Shown in pieces: positions 58,867 through 61,422 of a DNA stretch of 61,422 bases. The translations under genes were made by a program, and so were the position numbers. The stretch is taken from assembly GCA_016929245.1 (NCBI GenBank), contig JAFGJE010000042.1:1-61422 (forward strand). Reading direction: 5' to 3'. The notes beneath the pieces were generated by a model that worked only from the letters and a program-made list of their open reading frames with translations, was not told the DNA's origin and made no database searches. This stretch comes from Phycisphaerae bacterium. GTDB lineage: Bacteria > Planctomycetota > Phycisphaerae > SM23-33. Each line of letters begins with the position of its first letter. Positions within the stretch are counted from its first letter, which is position 1.

Positions 58867-59470
58867 CCAGTGAGGACCGGCAAGGAGGCCGTGACAAGTT
58901 AGGAGCGACTACGAAGCCGGTTGTGGCTGGGAACAGTGGCTCCGGGCGAATCAGGCACTCCGACAAAGCCGCACGTCGGACCTGAGGGAACGTCGGTGAG
59001 GCAGGAGACCCCGCCGGTCTGGAAAAACCGTTTAGGGTTTTACGGGCCTTCTACGCGGTGGAACGGTTTCACCATCGGCCGACGCGAACAGGATTTTGTT
59101 CGAGTGCCTGAAACGGCAAGGCGATTCGCGAGCCTCCCACCGGTTCACCGGCGCCGACTCAACAATCCGCCGATCCCGCGCGTGAACATTATTTCATAAT
59201 GTAACACATTCGTCGGAGGCAGGGCCGAAAGAATGCCGCGCGAAATGGAGATCGCACACGCCCGGATGATAACGTTCCGGGGTTCCGGGAAATGGAGGGA
59301 CCGGAATCCCGGCCTAACGCCCAACCGCTCGGGGGGGTCGCTCCCGCCCTTCGCTTCGCCGAAGACGTGTGCAAAATGAATGTCGTGGGTTTACAACCGT
59401 TTCCCGTTCGTGCTCGGCGGGAAACGAAATGAACCCACGACAGGATTTTTGCCCGTGGTCCTCCAGGACA
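58867..59470 (+). ncRNA. Candidate structured GGA-rich sRNA (CsrB/RsmZ-like); 3' end uncertain
   Basis: No credible ORF; about 20 GGA motifs by hand count, several in hairpin loops; long-range helix TCAGGCACTC/GAGTGCCTGA. Confidence 0.55.
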
Positions 59471-59590
59471 ACGTCAACCCAACGATACCGTCGCCATCTC
59501 GGGTAACCACTCGCCGGTCAACCACCGGCCTGGGCCCGGCGCGTCCAAAACGACCGCCGGGCCTGTCTCGTATCCGGGGAACCAACCAAC

Positions 59591-59629
59591 AAAACGGGCC
59601 TCCGACGGATTCTGTCCGCCGGAGGCCCG
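59591..59629 (-). terminator. Intrinsic terminator of the PEP-CTERM gene
   Basis: CGGGCCTCCG...CGGAGGCCCG stem with a U-tract on the minus strand. Confidence 0.75.
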
Positions 59630-59654
59630 GTACATTTCCGCCACAGGAAGGAAG

Positions 59655-60947
59655 TTATCGTCGCTTACGCAGGATCGCCAACGCGCCGACGCCCAGCAGG
59701 CTCAGCGTCGCCGGTTCGGGAACGGGGCCGCCCCCAGCCGTCGCGCCGTAATTGTTCGCCCAAAGGGTATAATCCGCGGGAGTCACCGAAGAATCCAGAT
59801 TGAAATCCCCTTCCTCCCATTCGTCACCCGTACCGTAATTATTGGCCCATACCGTATAATCCGCCGGAGAAACCGAACCATCGAGAGTCGCATCGCCTAC
59901 AAGCGACGGCAAATAGGTCAGCGTCAGTTCATCCGTCGCCCAGTATCCGTCGTCGGCAAGGATCATCAGGCCGACCGTATTGTCACCGAAGGCCAATCCC
60001 AGCGCCGCCAGCTCCGCTGCCGTCACCGACGCCGACGCGCCGGTCTTGTCGTCGTATTCGCCGTCGCCGTCCAGATCCCAGAGATAATCCGTGATCGTGT
60101 CGCTCTGCGGATCGTAGGAACCGGAGGCGTTCAGCGTTCCGTTGACGTACGAGCCGTGGACGGCCGTGTCCGAACCGGCGTCGGCATGCAGCTGCAACGT
60201 CGGCGAACCGGTCACGGTGGCGGTAATGTTGGAATCAAAATCCGTCGCCATCGTGTAATCACAGGTAATTCCGTACTCCTGCGAATACTCGTTCATATAG
60301 ATCGTCTGTTGCATCGCCTGATTTGTCGTCAACACCGGCGACATGCCCGAACCGCTCACCGAACCGGTCAGGTCGTTGGTCGGAGGAGGATCGTTATAAT
60401 CAGAAATATCCAATGTCAGCGGATTCAGGCCGGGAAGTCCAACCCAACCGAACAGTAAATAGTACTGGACATCCACATCCAGAGAACCATAGGCCAGCGC
60501 CTGGAAATCCTCAATCACATAGCTTCCTCCCGTAACGGGCGCCGAACCGGGAACATTGTTATCTTTCACATTCAGATCTCGTACTCTCGCCCGGGCGCGG
60601 GCGTCGCCCCAGACGGGAAGATCCATATAAAACCACTTGGAATATCCAATCGTGCTGTCACCGTAGATGTCCACGTCGTTCATCTGAATGTGACTATACG
60701 AATTCGAGGGGGTAACCCACAACGCCGCCGCCATCGTTCCACTAACACCGCTGCTGCCGGACCATGAGTCGATGTAATCTTCCGGATCCGTCGAATCACC
60801 TTCATATTGCGTCGCGGTGAAATACACCGACGAACCGGACTGGATCTGAAAATTGAACGCGTACGGATCATCCGCCGTCGCCATGGCGCTTACGAAAAGC
60901 AGGCAAACCGCCGCCCAGATACTCGCGCCGAATCGTAATCGATGCAT
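59655..60947 (-). CDS. PEP-CTERM surface protein with PKD-like and dockerin-like repeats
   Basis: Signal peptide; LNASGSYDP...Y.WDLDGDG; two GD..LD.SV.PADYT.WANNYG repeats; VPEPATLSLLGVGALAILRKRR. Confidence 0.92.
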   Translation of the reverse strand: MHRLRFGASIWAAVCLLFVSAMATADDPYAFNFQIQSGSSVYFTATQYEGDSTDPEDYIDSWSGSSGVSGTMAAALWVTPSNSYSHIQMNDVDIYGDSTIGYSKWFYMDLPVWGDARARARVRDLNVKDNNVPGSAPVTGGSYVIEDFQALAYGSLDVDVQYYLLFGWVGLPGLNPLTLDISDYNDPPPTNDLTGSVSGSGMSPVLTTNQAMQQTIYMNEYSQEYGITCDYTMATDFDSNITATVTGSPTLQLHADAGSDTAVHGSYVNGTLNASGSYDPQSDTITDYLWDLDGDGEYDDKTGASASVTAAELAALGLAFGDNTVGLMILADDGYWATDELTLTYLPSLVGDATLDGSVSPADYTVWANNYGTGDEWEEGDFNLDSSVTPADYTLWANNYGATAGGGPVPEPATLSLLGVGALAILRKRR

Positions 60948-61360
60948 GATGTTTCTCCTTCCATTCACTTGGTTAACAAGGCCCTGCAACCCTTACACCG
61001 GGCGCTTACTTACGCGAAAAACAAGATATGTCTCGCGAAGATCCTTTTTTATCGACTAGAGAGCATACCGACACCCGCCGAAGGTCTTTCACGGTTCTTT
61101 CTAGGAAAGTGCCCGTCTGGAAGAATACCCCACAGGCCGAAAGAGAGAATTTTCGCTCCAGACCACATCCCTTTTTCGCATAGATATTCCCACTCTGCTT
61201 CACCCCGCGTAGCGGCTTCGCAGAGCAAAGAGCACGAATCGCAGAGCAGGATTCCCAAACCCCAGTGCCTCAAAAAAAAGGTTCATATCCCATTTGCGGT
61301 GAGTTTATTATGGTAATCACGAGTCTATACCTGTAGAAACAGGGATTCTATTATCTTCGT

Positions 61361-61416
61361 AGTCCCGGAGGGACGATAGCGTTTAGCCGGGGCGTGAGCG
61401 CCGCGAAGCCCCGGTG
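61361..61416. repeat. Possible further REP-like element at the window edge
   Basis: Short hairpins GTCCC-GGA-GGGAC and CCGGGGC...GCCCCGG; only one copy is visible. Confidence 0.35.
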
Positions 61417-61422
61417 GATCGC

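Noticed and set aside
58921-59199. 92-aa ORF downstream of the sigma-54 promoter, and a 3-codon GTG ORF after AGGAGG
   Set aside because: TTG start without a well-spaced RBS, no recognisable protein features, and the region is dominated by RNA helices.
60950-61320. Riboswitch (e.g. c-di-GMP-I) upstream of the PEP-CTERM gene
   Set aside because: I found no GGCAAA/GCAAAG signature or other recognisable aptamer on the minus strand.

Overview
High-GC bacterial chromosomal window, probably Planctomycetota/Phycisphaerae. This is inferred from the prepilin-type H-X9-DG proteins, a PEP-CTERM protein with dockerin-like repeats and a Minf_1886-like protein. In order, it holds: the 5' end of tmRNA (ssrA, minus strand, truncated at base 1); housekeeping genes (metG, amidase, M20 peptidase, Fur, a 57-aa ferredoxin missing from the ORF track); an AT-rich AbiD/AbiF HEPN gene with a candidate RNA antitoxin hairpin upstream; a ~35 kb glycan-utilisation region (H-X9-DG protein, two GH2, two GH95-like, GH36, unusual fused ABC permeases, and a GntR-linked sugar-acid pathway with an E1alpha-E1beta-lipoyl fusion); an HNH gene; two histidine kinases; a GAF-PP2C phosphatase; surE; an AraC cassette; aroF; and a PEP-CTERM protein. 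Several families of palindromic intergenic repeats are scattered throughout. The most striking unexplained feature is at 58.67-59.47 kb: a near-consensus sigma-54 promoter with tandem palindromic upstream sites, pointing into a structured region with no credible ORF and many GGA hairpin loops. This is a candidate CsrA/RsmA-sponge sRNA. All calls come from reading the sequence; no searches were run.
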